A DNA stretch of 64,000 nt, from the NCBI GenBank assembly GCA_045130235.1, contig JBGUPJ010000034.1, positions 96,123 through 160,122 of the forward strand, in the 5' to 3' direction. Source of the DNA: Bacteroidales bacterium. Lineage in GTDB: Bacteria; Bacteroidota; Bacteroidia; Bacteroidales; WCHB1-69. A model generated the notes under the pieces. It made no database searches. It saw only the letters and a list, made by a program, of their open reading frames with translations, and was not told the origin of the DNA. The translations under genes and the position numbers were made by a program. Shown here piece by piece: positions 49,500 through 59,655 of the stretch (its first letter is position 1; each line of letters begins with the position of its first letter).

Positions 49500-49943
49500 T
49501 TGAAACTCAACCGCCTCACCATCTTCCTCCTCGGCTTCGCCCTGATAGTGGCCGTCTATTTCTCCCAGCGTGCCTACGTGTACCGCCACAGCGAGTTCAC
49601 CCACGGCATGTTCGTGTGCGACAATGAAGACGACCTCCGTCTCTACGAGGCCGACCTGTCGCTGCACTATTATGTGGACGGCAAAGAGTTTGTGGTGCAG
49701 AGCCGTGACGAGACGAAGCTGGCCTACCGCGAGGTGCAGGTGCGCTACCCGAAAGAGTCTCCCGAAAAGGGGCGTTACTACACACCGGGCCGCTTCTGGG
49801 GACTTTCCGCCCTCTGGCTGCTCATCCCCACCATGCTCTGGGGCGCGCTGGTTTTTACCCTCTTCAACGAAAATTCAGGAATCCAACTCTCCATCAACAA
49901 AAATCAACCCAAAAAATCTTCCAACAATCTATTGAAAACGTGA
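49500..49943 (+). CDS. Hypothetical membrane protein
   Basis: TTG start, two TM segments. Confidence 0.55.
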   Translation: MKLNRLTIFLLGFALIVAVYFSQRAYVYRHSEFTHGMFVCDNEDDLRLYEADLSLHYYVDGKEFVVQSRDETKLAYREVQVRYPKESPEKGRYYTPGRFWGLSALWLLIPTMLWGALVFTLFNENSGIQLSINKNQPKKSSNNLLKT

Positions 49944-50036
49944 AAATTATGTGCCAATTTTCGTAACAAATCCGTTGGTCTTTCGTATGTGTGAAAAGTA
50001 AAATTTGAAAAATAATCATTAAAAATAAACCCGACT

Positions 50037-51179
50037 ATGAAATTTATTGTATCCCGCAATGAACTGTACAAAAACCTCAGTGCCATCAGCGGCGTGCTGA
50101 GCACCAACAACACCATGCCGATTCTGGACAATTTCTTGTTCACGGTATCTGGTAAAACGCTGACCCTCACCGCTTCTGACCTCGACTGCACCATGAGCGC
50201 CGAAATTCAGCTCGACACGGTGGAAGGCGAAGGTTCCATCGCTGTTCCCTCGAAATATCTCTTGGAGACCCTGAAATTGATGAGCGAGATGCCCATCAAC
50301 TTCGCTACCGAAGAGGATGGCGAGAGCATCAGCCTGAAATTTTCCGTCACCGATGGTGAGTACAACGGTCATTGCTTCAAAGGCGATGAATATCCCACCA
50401 CGCCTGTGATGAGCGAGAACGCCACTGGCTTCGACATCGATGCCAATATCCTGTATCGCGCCATCTCTAAGACCCTCTTCGCTACCGGCACCGACGACCT
50501 TCGTCCCACGATGATGGGTGTGTTGTGTGAGCTGAACGAAGACAACATCACTTTCGTGGCTACCGATGCCCATAAGCTGGTGAAATACAGAAACAACGCC
50601 GTCAAGACCATCAATCCCACCTCGTTCATCCTGCCCAAGAAACCTCTTCAGCAGCTCAAAGGTGTGATTGGCAGCGAGAGCGGTGCCATCCATGTGGACT
50701 ATTCGGCCGAGAACAACCATATCCGTTTCAGCTTCGGCAACATCGTGCTGTACTCTTCCCTTTTGGAAGGCAACTATCCGAAGTACAAATCGGTCATCCC
50801 GACCAACAACACCAAGACCTTTGTGGTGTCGCGTGAGGCGTTCCTGCAGTGCATCCGCCGTGTGGGTATCTACTCCAACCCCTCCACCTACCAGATCCGC
50901 GTGTCGTTGGAGGCTGACAACACCAGCATCAAGGCTGAGGATATCGACTACTCAAACGAGGCACACGAGAGCATCACGGGTACCTACAACGGTACGCCCA
51001 TGAACATCGGTTTCAACTCGAAGTTCCTCCGCGAAATTTTGGAGAACATCGACACGCCGGAGGTGCAGATGGACATGTCGGAGCCGAACCGCGCCGCCAT
51101 CATCTACCCCGTCAACCAGAAAGAGGAAGACGCAGAGTACATCCTGATGCTCATCATGCCGGTGATGCTGAACAACTAA
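50037..51179 (+). CDS. dnaN: DNA polymerase III beta clamp
   Basis: MKF.VS, PILDNFLF, ASDL, VATDAHKL, YP.Y..VIP, IGFN, LIMPV. Confidence 0.96.
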   Translation: MKFIVSRNELYKNLSAISGVLSTNNTMPILDNFLFTVSGKTLTLTASDLDCTMSAEIQLDTVEGEGSIAVPSKYLLETLKLMSEMPINFATEEDGESISLKFSVTDGEYNGHCFKGDEYPTTPVMSENATGFDIDANILYRAISKTLFATGTDDLRPTMMGVLCELNEDNITFVATDAHKLVKYRNNAVKTINPTSFILPKKPLQQLKGVIGSESGAIHVDYSAENNHIRFSFGNIVLYSSLLEGNYPKYKSVIPTNNTKTFVVSREAFLQCIRRVGIYSNPSTYQIRVSLEADNTSIKAEDIDYSNEAHESITGTYNGTPMNIGFNSKFLREILENIDTPEVQMDMSEPNRAAIIYPVNQKEEDAEYILMLIMPVMLNN

Positions 51180-51233
51180 GCCAGTTTTGTGCCGAAGGTG
51201 CAGAGTGTAACCATCAAGTTACAAATATCTTAC

Positions 51234-51268
51234 AAAAAAAGATTGTCCCAACGGACAATCTTTTTTTA
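51234..51268. terminator. Bidirectional intrinsic terminator
   Basis: AAAAAAAGATTGTCC-caac-GGACAATCTTTTTTT. Confidence 0.85.
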
Positions 51269-51297
51269 TGGGGGGAGGGGAGTCTCAGCAGAATTCG

Positions 51298-51978
51298 CTA
51301 TTTCCACAGCTCCAATTCTTTAATCAGCGAATCCACATCCTTCTTATTATCGGAAAGACCAATGTTGACAGATTTGCCCTTTGATTTGTAGGCAGCGTTC
51401 ATCGCCCTTTCGTACTCTTCTTTTGTGATTTCCGTTAAATCATCTGTATCATCCGCAATGCCACGGTAATATTGTGAATATTGTTCAATTAATTTTTGTT
51501 CGTATGCCTCATCGTAATTCTCTGCCTCATCCATCGACCCGTACACCGATTGAAAATCGATGACTATGGTAAACGTAAGCACTGGGTGAAAAAGTTGATT
51601 CAAATAAAGGACATATTCGCAAAAATATCCCATGCCTCCATAATAACTGCTAAGAAGGCCACTTTGAGGAATATAGGATGGATTGCCGTCGCCAAGCGCC
51701 TGTGCCACAACACCTCCGCTTTGCACAGACAGGATGTAATTGCCTGTTGCGTCGTCTTTTCCATACAAAAGCAGTTCGGGAATATCGTCTGAATCAAGGT
51801 AGATATATTCCCAGCCATCACACCAGTCCAAATACCATTCCCAATCCGTGAAATTTTTGCTGAATTCTTCACTTTTGATAAATTCACGATACAATTTCTT
51901 GTAATCATTACCCTGTCCGTAACCTGTGGTAAGGAGGAAGAGGGTAATGAAAAATAGCAGAGTACGTTTCATATTCAT
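51298..51978 (-). CDS. Hypothetical exported protein
   Basis: Signal peptide MKRTLLFF; YLDSDDIPELL motif. Confidence 0.65.
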   Translation of the reverse strand: MNMKRTLLFFITLFLLTTGYGQGNDYKKLYREFIKSEEFSKNFTDWEWYLDWCDGWEYIYLDSDDIPELLLYGKDDATGNYILSVQSGGVVAQALGDGNPSYIPQSGLLSSYYGGMGYFCEYVLYLNQLFHPVLTFTIVIDFQSVYGSMDEAENYDEAYEQKLIEQYSQYYRGIADDTDDLTEITKEEYERAMNAAYKSKGKSVNIGLSDNKKDVDSLIKELELWK

Positions 51979-52057
51979 GTAATTGGTTTGTTGAAAATTT
52001 CTGCAAAAATACGATTTTTTCTGAAAATCTTTTTTCAACGGGTGGGTGTGTGGAAAT

Positions 52058-52477
52058 TTAGTTATCTCTGTTGCTTAACATTTTAACAAATTCATCAATG
52101 CCCATCACAGCTATTTTGGGAAACTCAACCTGTTTGAGCACAGCAAAATGCTTGTCTTCTGTGACAATGCATTTCGCATTGGCCGCAATTGCACAATCTA
52201 CAAACTTATTGTCATCTTCATCAACAGTAATCAGATGAAAATGATAATGAGGATCCAATTTCCATACGTTTTTCCTTGTAAGGATGGTATATAGAACAGC
52301 ATCTGCTATATGTTGGCTTAAGTTTCGAGCGAGAACTTCATGGTATTCCTCAATGATTTCATTGCTAACACAGAGCATGAAATCGCCTGCCAGAAAACTT
52401 TGCCAAATTCTGTGATATTTGTTTTTTGACGATACGCACATCAAAAGGCAGTTCGTGTCCAGAACGATATTGTCCAT
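52058..52477 (-). CDS. PIN-family putative toxin
   Basis: IVLDTN, EI.EEY, D.DDNKFVDCAIA, IVTED.HF. Confidence 0.9.
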   Translation of the reverse strand: MDNIVLDTNCLLMCVSSKNKYHRIWQSFLAGDFMLCVSNEIIEEYHEVLARNLSQHIADAVLYTILTRKNVWKLDPHYHFHLITVDEDDNKFVDCAIAANAKCIVTEDKHFAVLKQVEFPKIAVMGIDEFVKMLSNRDN

Positions 52478-52483
52478 GCCCAA

Positions 52484-52702
52484 TTATTTATAGGGGGTTC
52501 TTTCATGAAGATTTCTAAATGACTCCACACGATCATCGTTCATTTCGCCATTTTGCCACATTCTATCAATTTCTTCATCCACTTTTTGTGCAAAAAAATC
52601 GGAGATGGCTTGCTTTAAATCCGACAGAGTCTCTTTCGACTTGGCATACGCCATTAAATTGAGAATCTCCAATTGGGCACTATTAAAAACGGTTCGTTCC
52701 AT
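52484..52702 (-). CDS. Putative antitoxin
   Basis: Small ORF immediately upstream of PIN gene; FN.AQL..L...H.RTPY. Confidence 0.78.
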   Translation of the reverse strand: MERTVFNSAQLEILNLMAYAKSKETLSDLKQAISDFFAQKVDEEIDRMWQNGEMNDDRVESFRNLHERTPYK

Positions 52703-52767
52703 TGTCAAAAAATTTCTGCAAAAATACTATTTTTTCTGAAATTATCCTCTCACCCACAAGGGATTTG

Positions 52768-52936
52768 AATGGTGGCCAGCATGTAGAGGCTCTTTTCGGT
52801 GAAGGCTTTGGGAAGCTGAGGAGAAAAACGCAGGTTTTGGAGGTGGTCAAAATTTTTGACCACCTTTCCTTTTTCTTGATTATCAAGTTAAAAGATGTAC
52901 CCTTCAGGGAACTTTTCAGGATTGTTGCGAACAGCT
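52768..52936 (-). pseudogene. ORF6N-domain gene fragment
   Basis: Manual translation AVRNNPEKFPEGYIF*LDNQEKGKVVKNFDHLQNLRFSPQLPKAFTEKSLYMLATI with internal stop. Confidence 0.8.
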
Positions 52937-52996
52937 TTTCTTTATCCTGTATATCTTTGATTTATAATATTTTATATAAAACTTTCTCTATTTATC

Positions 52997-55180
52997 CTAC
53001 AAATTCTCCAAGATGAAGTTGGTGAGTTTGTAGTAGAGGTGCAGACGGGTGTTGCCGCCGTAAATGGAGTGGTTCTTGTTGGGATAGAAGAACATCTCAT
53101 ACTGCTTGTTGGCCTTGTTGAGCTGCGTCACAAGGTCGATGGCATTTTGGAAATGCACGTTGTCGTCGGCAGTGCCGTGGATGAGCAGATAGTTGCCCTC
53201 CAGCTGGTCGGCGAAGAAGCAGGGCGAGTTGTCGTCGTAGCCCGACGGGTTGTCCTGCGGCTTTTGCAGATAACGTTCGGTGTAGATGTTGTCGTAGTAG
53301 CGCCAGTTGGTGACAGGTGCCACCGAGATGGCCATCTTGAAGGTGCCCTCGCCCTTGAACATGGAGAGCGCGGAAAGGTAGCCGCCGAAGCTCCATCCCC
53401 AGATGCCGACACGGTCTTTGTCAACATACGGCAGCGACTGGAAATACTTGGCCGCCTCGATCTGGTCGATGGCCTCGCATTTGCCCATCTGCTTGTAAAT
53501 CACCTTGGTGAAGGCATCGCCCTTGCGGCCGGTGCCACGGCCGTCCACACAGGCCACAATGTAGCCCTTCTGGCACAGCATCTGGTACCACACGTAGTTG
53601 AGCGGATCGTCGTAGGAGTTCAGCACCTGCGGGGTCTCGGGACCGCCATACACGTACATCAGCACCGGATATTTCTTGTTGGGGTTGAAGTCAGCCGGCT
53701 TCATCATCCAGCCGTTCAGCTCCACACCTTCCGAAGTGGTGAAGGTGAACAGGTCTTTGCTGGTGAAGTTGTAGCTCTGCATCTTGGCCTTGAAAGCCTC
53801 ATTATCCTCAATAGTATAAAGTTTCTTGCCCGATGCGTTGTGCAGGGTGAAAACGGGCGGTGTGTTGGCATTGCTGTACTGGTTGCAGTAGAAATGGGCG
53901 TTGCTGTTGAAGGTGGGCTCGTTCCAGCCAGTGCCGTCGGTGAGCATCTTTTTCTTCTTGCCGTCGAAATTAATGCTGAACAAGTCCTGGTTGGGTACGG
54001 CCACCTCGTTGGAGAGGTAGAAGATGGTCTTCTTCGGGAAATCGATGGCGCAGATGCTGGCCACCTCGTAGTTGCCGCTGGTGAGCTGCACGGGCGTTTT
54101 CCCAAATTCAGCCTTGTAGATGTGACGGTAGCCGCTGCGTTCCGACAGGAAAATCACGGTCTTGTTGTCGTTCAGGAAATAATAGTTGTCGGTGATGTCA
54201 ATCCAGCAGTCGTTCTCGTCGGTCAGCACCACCTCTTTCGAACCATTCAACGTGTTGCAGCGATAGAATTCTACTTTATTCTGCAAACGATTCATTTTCA
54301 AAACGATAAGGTCGGTGGAGTTGTCCAGCCAGTAGATTCTCGGGAAGTAGCAGTCCTCGTGCGGGAAGTTGAGTTTCTCGCATTTGTTGGCTTTCACATC
54401 ATACACAAAAATATCCACTACCGAGTTGTCCTCGCCGGCTTTCGGATATTTGTATTTGTATTCTTCGGGATAAAGTTCGCCCCAGATGGTCATCGAGAAC
54501 TCTTTCACCTGGCTCTCATCGAAGCGCAAGAAGGCGAGTTTGCTGCCGTCGGGCGACCAGGTGAAGTATTTAGCCTGGCTGAGTTCCTCTTCATAAACCC
54601 AGTCGGCCCAGCCGTTGCGGATTTCGTTCTCTTTCCCGTCGAAGGTGATCTGTGTCTCTTTGCCGGTAGAAAGGTCGGTATAGAAGAGGTTGTAGTCGCG
54701 CACGAAGGCCACCTTGCTGCCGTCGGCGGAGAAGTCGGCGAAGTTGATCTTGCCCTTCTCGGGGTCGGCTAACGGCATGAGTTTGTTGGTGGTAAGGTCA
54801 TAAACATAGAAATTCGAGCGGGTGGAGCGGCGGTAAATGCTCTCTCCCTCGGTGGAAAGAAGGATTTTTTTGCACGAATTGTCGAATGTGTATTCATCAA
54901 TGTCGTTGATGGTGAGCTTCCCGTCGGAAGCCTTTTTCAGCATGTTGTTGCTTAAAATCTCTTCTATCTCCTTGCCTGTCTCGAAGCTGTGTTTGGAGAT
55001 AGACACCATATCCTTGACGGTGTAGTAGTCGCTGTTGGGCATCGACTCAAACCCGCGGATGTAGGAGGGAACGAACTGGTAATATTTCCAGATTCCTTCC
55101 AGGGTGATTTCTTTTTGTGCGCTGACGGTGATGCAGGAACAAACCGCGATCAGCAGGAAAAGGCTTTTGATGATTCTCAT
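52997..55180 (-). CDS. dpp4: Dipeptidyl peptidase IV (S9B)
   Basis: DWVYEEE, YPKAG, GWSFGG, HGTADDNVH. Confidence 0.95.
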   Translation of the reverse strand: MRIIKSLFLLIAVCSCITVSAQKEITLEGIWKYYQFVPSYIRGFESMPNSDYYTVKDMVSISKHSFETGKEIEEILSNNMLKKASDGKLTINDIDEYTFDNSCKKILLSTEGESIYRRSTRSNFYVYDLTTNKLMPLADPEKGKINFADFSADGSKVAFVRDYNLFYTDLSTGKETQITFDGKENEIRNGWADWVYEEELSQAKYFTWSPDGSKLAFLRFDESQVKEFSMTIWGELYPEEYKYKYPKAGEDNSVVDIFVYDVKANKCEKLNFPHEDCYFPRIYWLDNSTDLIVLKMNRLQNKVEFYRCNTLNGSKEVVLTDENDCWIDITDNYYFLNDNKTVIFLSERSGYRHIYKAEFGKTPVQLTSGNYEVASICAIDFPKKTIFYLSNEVAVPNQDLFSINFDGKKKKMLTDGTGWNEPTFNSNAHFYCNQYSNANTPPVFTLHNASGKKLYTIEDNEAFKAKMQSYNFTSKDLFTFTTSEGVELNGWMMKPADFNPNKKYPVLMYVYGGPETPQVLNSYDDPLNYVWYQMLCQKGYIVACVDGRGTGRKGDAFTKVIYKQMGKCEAIDQIEAAKYFQSLPYVDKDRVGIWGWSFGGYLSALSMFKGEGTFKMAISVAPVTNWRYYDNIYTERYLQKPQDNPSGYDDNSPCFFADQLEGNYLLIHGTADDNVHFQNAIDLVTQLNKANKQYEMFFYPNKNHSIYGGNTRLHLYYKLTNFILENL

Positions 55181-55192
55181 AATGGTAGGATT

Positions 55193-57682
55193 TTATTTTT
55201 TTCTGAAGGATTTCTTTTTGGCGGTCGGTGCCGTGGAGGTGACGATTTCCATGCACTCCTGATAGGTAAGGTTTTCTGCCACAGTGCCTTTCGGGATCTT
55301 GAAGTTGTCGGTGCCATTGGTGATGTAGGGACCGTAGCGGCCGTTCATCACTTTGATGTCCGCATTCTCGTCGAAGCTCTTGAGTACGTTTTTGTTCTTC
55401 GAGTTGGCGATATGCTCGATGGCCTGTTCGAGGGTCATTTCGGCAATCATGGTGCCTTTCTCGAGGGTGTAGTTCTTGTCGTCGTATTTGAGGTACGGAC
55501 CGAAGCGGCCGACGGCGGCGGTGATTTCCTTGCCCTCGTACTCGCCCAGCACCCGCGGGGCGCGCTCCACATCCTGCTTCCGTTTCTGCTCGATGAGTTC
55601 GATGCAACGCTCGCAGCTGATTTCTGTGGGTTCCTCGCCTTTCGGCACGGAGATGAACTTGTTGTCGAATTTGATGTAAGCGCCGAAACGGCCGATGCCC
55701 ACGGTGATGTCCTTGTCTTCGAACTGTCCCACGGTACGGGGCAGTTTGAAGAGTTCCAGGGCCTCCTCGAGGGTGATGCTCTCAATAGACTGATGCGGTT
55801 TCAGACGGGCGTAGCGGGGCTTCTGGTCCTCGTAGTTCTCGCCAATCTGCACCATTGGACCGAACTTGCCGAGTTTGGCATACACGTTCTCGTTGGTCTT
55901 GGGGTCTTGTCCCAACAAACGCTCGCCGCTGGCCTTCTTCGAGTAGGTGAGGGCCTCCTCAATGGATTCGTGGAAATTGTCGTAGAAGCTCTGCAACATA
56001 TTCTGCCACTGTATGTTGCCTTCGGCAATGTCATCGAACTCCTTCTCCACCTTGGCGGTGAAACTGTAGTCCATGATGGATTCGAAGTTGTTCTGCAAAT
56101 ATTCGTTCACCACGATGCCGATGTCGGTCGGGAAGAGTTTGTCTTTCTCGTAACCGTATTTTTCTTTCTTGGTCTCCTCTTTGATCTGTTCTTTTTTGAG
56201 GATGAGCTGGCAAAATTCGCGTTCGCTGCCTTGACGTGTTTCCCGCACCACATACTCGCGTTTCTGGATGGTGGAGATGGTGGGGGCGTAGGTGGAAGGA
56301 CGGCCGATGCCGAGCTCTTCCAGCTTCTTCACGAGGCTGGCTTCGGTATATCTCGCGGGCGGCTGGGCAAATTTCTGCATCGCCTTGATTTCGGTGTAAG
56401 CCAGAGGGTTGCCCACTTCTACCGGCGGAAGCCATCCCTTTACCTCCTCCTCCTCCTCGTCAGACGATTCGGTATAGACTTTCAAGAAGCCTTGGAACAG
56501 AATCACCTCGCCGTTGGCCACAAACTTCTCTTCGCGGCCGGGTACAGGAATGGTGATGGTGGTCTTTTCGGTTTTGGCGTCGCTCATCTGGCAGGCGAGG
56601 GTGCGCTTCCAGATCAGCTCGTACAAACGCTTGGCGAAGGTGTCGCCGGGAATGGTATGGTTGGCCATCGAGGTGGGGCGGATAGCCTCGTGGGCTTCCT
56701 GCGCACCGATGGATTTGGTCTGGTATTTGCGGGTTTTGGCGTATTCAGCGCCGTACAGCTTCACAATCTCTTCTTTGGCGGAGGCCAGTGCGAGGGTGGA
56801 GAGGTTCACGGAGTCGGTACGCATGTAGGTGATGTAACCGGCTTCGTACAGCTGCTGGGCCACCACCATGGTTTTGCTCACCGAGAAGCCGAGTTTGCGG
56901 GCGGCTTCCTGTTGCAGGGTGGAGGTGGTGAACGGCGGGGCCGGCGCCTTCTTGCCGGGGTTTTTCTCCACCGCTTCGGCCATGAAATGGGCGCCTTTGC
57001 AGTGCTCCAAGAACTTCATGGCATCCTCTTTCGCCTCAAAGCGGGTGTTGAGCTCAGCGTCAAACTCCTGTTTGCCCTGCTCGTCGGCCGTGAAGCGACC
57101 CACCACGCGGTAGGCCGAGCTGGTCTTGAACTGGTTGATTTTGCGTTCGCGCTCCACAATCAGCTTGACGGCCACCGACTGCACACGACCGGCCGACAGC
57201 TGCGGTTTCACCTTGCGCCACAGCACCGGCGACAGCTCGAAGCCCACGAGGCGGTCGAGGATACGGCGGGCCTGCTGGGCATTCACGAGGTCCACATCCA
57301 GCTGACGGGGGTTGGCCAAAGCGTTGTCAATGGCCGACTTCGTGATTTCGTGGAAAACAATTCTCTTGGTCTTCTCCGCAGGAATGCCGGCAGCCTCCAT
57401 CAGATGCCAGGAAATGGCCTCTCCCTCGCGGTCATCATCAGTTGCGAGCCAGACCGTGTCTGCCTCGTTCACCATCTTCTTGATGTCGGTGATCAGTTTC
57501 TTCTTTTCTGAAAGAATTTCATATTGTGGGGAGAAATGCTTAGAAATATCGATCCCCAGGTCCTTCTGGGGCAGGTCGCGCACGTGACCTTTGCTGGAAA
57601 TGACCGTGTAGTCTTTCCCAATGAATTTCTGAATAGTTTTAGCTTTCGCAGGAGACTCAACGATGATCAGATTTTTGCTCAT
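55193..57682 (-). CDS. topA: DNA topoisomerase I
   Basis: IVESPAKAKTI, DDDREGEAI, SAGRVQS, ITYMRTDS, GIGRPSTY, C-terminal GRFGPY repeats. Confidence 0.97.
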   Translation of the reverse strand: MSKNLIIVESPAKAKTIQKFIGKDYTVISSKGHVRDLPQKDLGIDISKHFSPQYEILSEKKKLITDIKKMVNEADTVWLATDDDREGEAISWHLMEAAGIPAEKTKRIVFHEITKSAIDNALANPRQLDVDLVNAQQARRILDRLVGFELSPVLWRKVKPQLSAGRVQSVAVKLIVERERKINQFKTSSAYRVVGRFTADEQGKQEFDAELNTRFEAKEDAMKFLEHCKGAHFMAEAVEKNPGKKAPAPPFTTSTLQQEAARKLGFSVSKTMVVAQQLYEAGYITYMRTDSVNLSTLALASAKEEIVKLYGAEYAKTRKYQTKSIGAQEAHEAIRPTSMANHTIPGDTFAKRLYELIWKRTLACQMSDAKTEKTTITIPVPGREEKFVANGEVILFQGFLKVYTESSDEEEEEVKGWLPPVEVGNPLAYTEIKAMQKFAQPPARYTEASLVKKLEELGIGRPSTYAPTISTIQKREYVVRETRQGSEREFCQLILKKEQIKEETKKEKYGYEKDKLFPTDIGIVVNEYLQNNFESIMDYSFTAKVEKEFDDIAEGNIQWQNMLQSFYDNFHESIEEALTYSKKASGERLLGQDPKTNENVYAKLGKFGPMVQIGENYEDQKPRYARLKPHQSIESITLEEALELFKLPRTVGQFEDKDITVGIGRFGAYIKFDNKFISVPKGEEPTEISCERCIELIEQKRKQDVERAPRVLGEYEGKEITAAVGRFGPYLKYDDKNYTLEKGTMIAEMTLEQAIEHIANSKNKNVLKSFDENADIKVMNGRYGPYITNGTDNFKIPKGTVAENLTYQECMEIVTSTAPTAKKKSFRKK

Positions 57683-57877
57683 ACGATATATTTATATAAT
57701 TAGTAAATTGGGGCGGCAAAATTACGTGAAATTTTCAAATTTTCGGGACTCCCAGCAAAAAAAGTTTCAAATCCGCAAAATTGCGGAAGCTACGGAAGGG
57801 ACAAATCTGTCAGATTACCAAAAAGATACACAGTATCTTTAATCGCGTAAAATTTGTAAAGATGAATGCGTGGCAGG

Positions 57878-58206
57878 GTGGGGGACGCACCGCGTGCGTC
57901 CGTGAAACAATGGATTCCGCCTGCTCACTGCGTTCGCGGCGGAATGGTGTGCGCTACAGGACATTGCTTAAAGGAAAAGATGGGCGGCGGGGAACCTTGT
58001 GGTTGCAAGATACGTTGCGGTCGCCGCCCATCTTTTCCCCTTATTTTCCCGTGTAGAATGCACCATTCCGCGAAACGCAAAGCGTTGAGCGGAATCTCCA
58101 CCGCCTTTGGCATGCCTGCCGCCTTAATGGCCATTCCACCTCACACTGCTCCCCACTTCGTTTCGCTGATGTGAGGATATTGAAAGTTTGTGTCGTCGAC
58201 ACAAAC
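57878..58206. repeat. Cluster of nested inverted repeats (REPIN/MITE-like)
   Basis: 17-bp IR 57973-57989 / 58022-58038; outer arms 57939-57949 / 58061-58071 and 57913-57920 / 58089-58096. Confidence 0.65.
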
Positions 58207-58288
58207 GGTTTGAGCTATTTTCCCGCGAAACTCATAGGACTACTGATCAAGACCTCTTCAAATTGGAGCATTACCCGAAGCTAGTGGT

Positions 58289-59047
58289 TCATCTTTTTTT
58301 TATTTGCCCAAGCCATTTATTTACCCTTTCCCAAATGATTTTTTCATATTTATGATTAAAATCAGAATATGAAGGATGGTAGGCATCAACATAGAGACGT
58401 TGGCGATTTTGGTCATAATAGAAATTTAGTTTTACATTACGACATCGACTCCAACAGGTTAATTTCTCATGATTAAAAAGAGTGGTGTAAAGTTGAAATG
58501 TATTTCCAAAAATAATAATATCAGGACTGTATTCTTCTATCTGCTCTGTGATTATTGGAGTCCAAACTTGTGCGTACTTTTGCAATTTAGCCATATCAGT
58601 GCTTTTCCTATCTCCAGTAGTGGCAGGCATTTTACTGCTATTGATATAAGCTATCGATCTAATAGTTTCTCCGCATACCCTATCGATGTCAACTTTCCCT
58701 TTATACTCTGGATGTAGTATCCTATAGCTTGCTCGAATCATGGGGTGATATGTTGGGCGTCCTTGCTTTTTATTGATAAACTCCCGGTCGATAATTCCAG
58801 CTTCATTATTTTTGATAACTTCCATAATAGCATCTGTAATACTCCATCCCCCATGTCCCTTATGGCCTTTTTCATCTTCATCATAAGGCTCCTTTAAAAT
58901 CCATAGTATTTTTATTTTTTGTTTCTTGTATGTATCATTATCAAAAATTCCATCAGTGATGGGTTCCATTTTTGAATTTATTCGGAATCCTAATTCTTTT
59001 TTATGCTCCTGGGCAAATTCCTTAATTTTTTCACTAAAATCTTTCAT
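58289..59047 (-). CDS. Uracil-DNA glycosylase-like superfamily protein 3
   Basis: KILWILKEP, IAYIN..K, QI....PDIIIFGN, YHPS motif order; AT-rich. Confidence 0.6.
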   Translation of the reverse strand: MKDFSEKIKEFAQEHKKELGFRINSKMEPITDGIFDNDTYKKQKIKILWILKEPYDEDEKGHKGHGGWSITDAIMEVIKNNEAGIIDREFINKKQGRPTYHPMIRASYRILHPEYKGKVDIDRVCGETIRSIAYINSSKMPATTGDRKSTDMAKLQKYAQVWTPIITEQIEEYSPDIIIFGNTFQLYTTLFNHEKLTCWSRCRNVKLNFYYDQNRQRLYVDAYHPSYSDFNHKYEKIIWERVNKWLGQIKKR

Positions 59048-59158
59048 GAATTAACTCAACAAAAGGACTTCTATTTTTACTCTTTCACTCGACATTTCTC
59101 CAGACTTTGCGAAGTCCGCTAAATAAAACCTGAAGATTTCCCGCTGCAAATTTACAAC

Positions 59159-59629
59159 TTATTTTTTCACATATTTGACAATGAACGGGAATTGGTCGTA
59201 ATCCTTTAAGGCCATCTCCGTACCGCGTGCAACGGCGTTCAACGGGTCGTCGGCGATGTGCACTGGCAAATGGATTGCTTCGGAGATTCGCTTGTCGAGA
59301 CCTCGCAGTAAGGCGCCATCGCCGGCCAAATAGATGCCGTTCTTGTAGATATCAGCGGATGACTCCGGCGGAGTGCTCTCCAAAACGCTCAGGATGGCTG
59401 CTTCAATCTCGGAAATGGAATGGTCGAGTGCGCCGGCAATCTGGATGGAACGGCTTGATACAATGCCGCCAAGCGCCAGAACGGCCACCTCGCACGTATC
59501 ACTACCGATATGTACCACCATACTGGCATCAGGACTCAACACGTCCAACCCGATACCGATGGCTGCAGCCACAGGCTCATAGATGCAGGCATTGAAACTT
59601 ACGGGAATAATGATGGTTTTGATGTGCAT
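59159..59629 (-). pseudogene. mreB: Truncated, internally deleted MreB-like ORF
   Basis: EP.AAAIG.G, IVSS.SI.IAG joined directly to LD.SIS.IE.AI, TPPE..ADI..NGIYLAG.GALL.GLD, DDPL.AVARG. Confidence 0.8.
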
Positions 59630-59655
59630 AATCGTAATGTTTATTTTTACGGCTG

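Noticed and set aside
52841-52865. Palindrome GGTGGTCAAAATTTTTGACCACC as an operator or dif-like site
   Set aside because: Lies inside the ORF6N fragment, encoding VVKNFDHL; does not match dif or either island box
53039-57511. Very long + strand ORFs (577 aa, 840 aa) and similar shadows at 5834-7048 and 17503-18963
   Set aside because: Antisense to dpp4, topA, cca and the T9SS gene; explained by GC3-rich codon bias, with no recognisable motifs
48158-59160. Shared CCGCTGCAAATTTACAA at about 48165 and 59141
   Set aside because: Just the generic Bacteroidetes -7 promoter context on the minus strand
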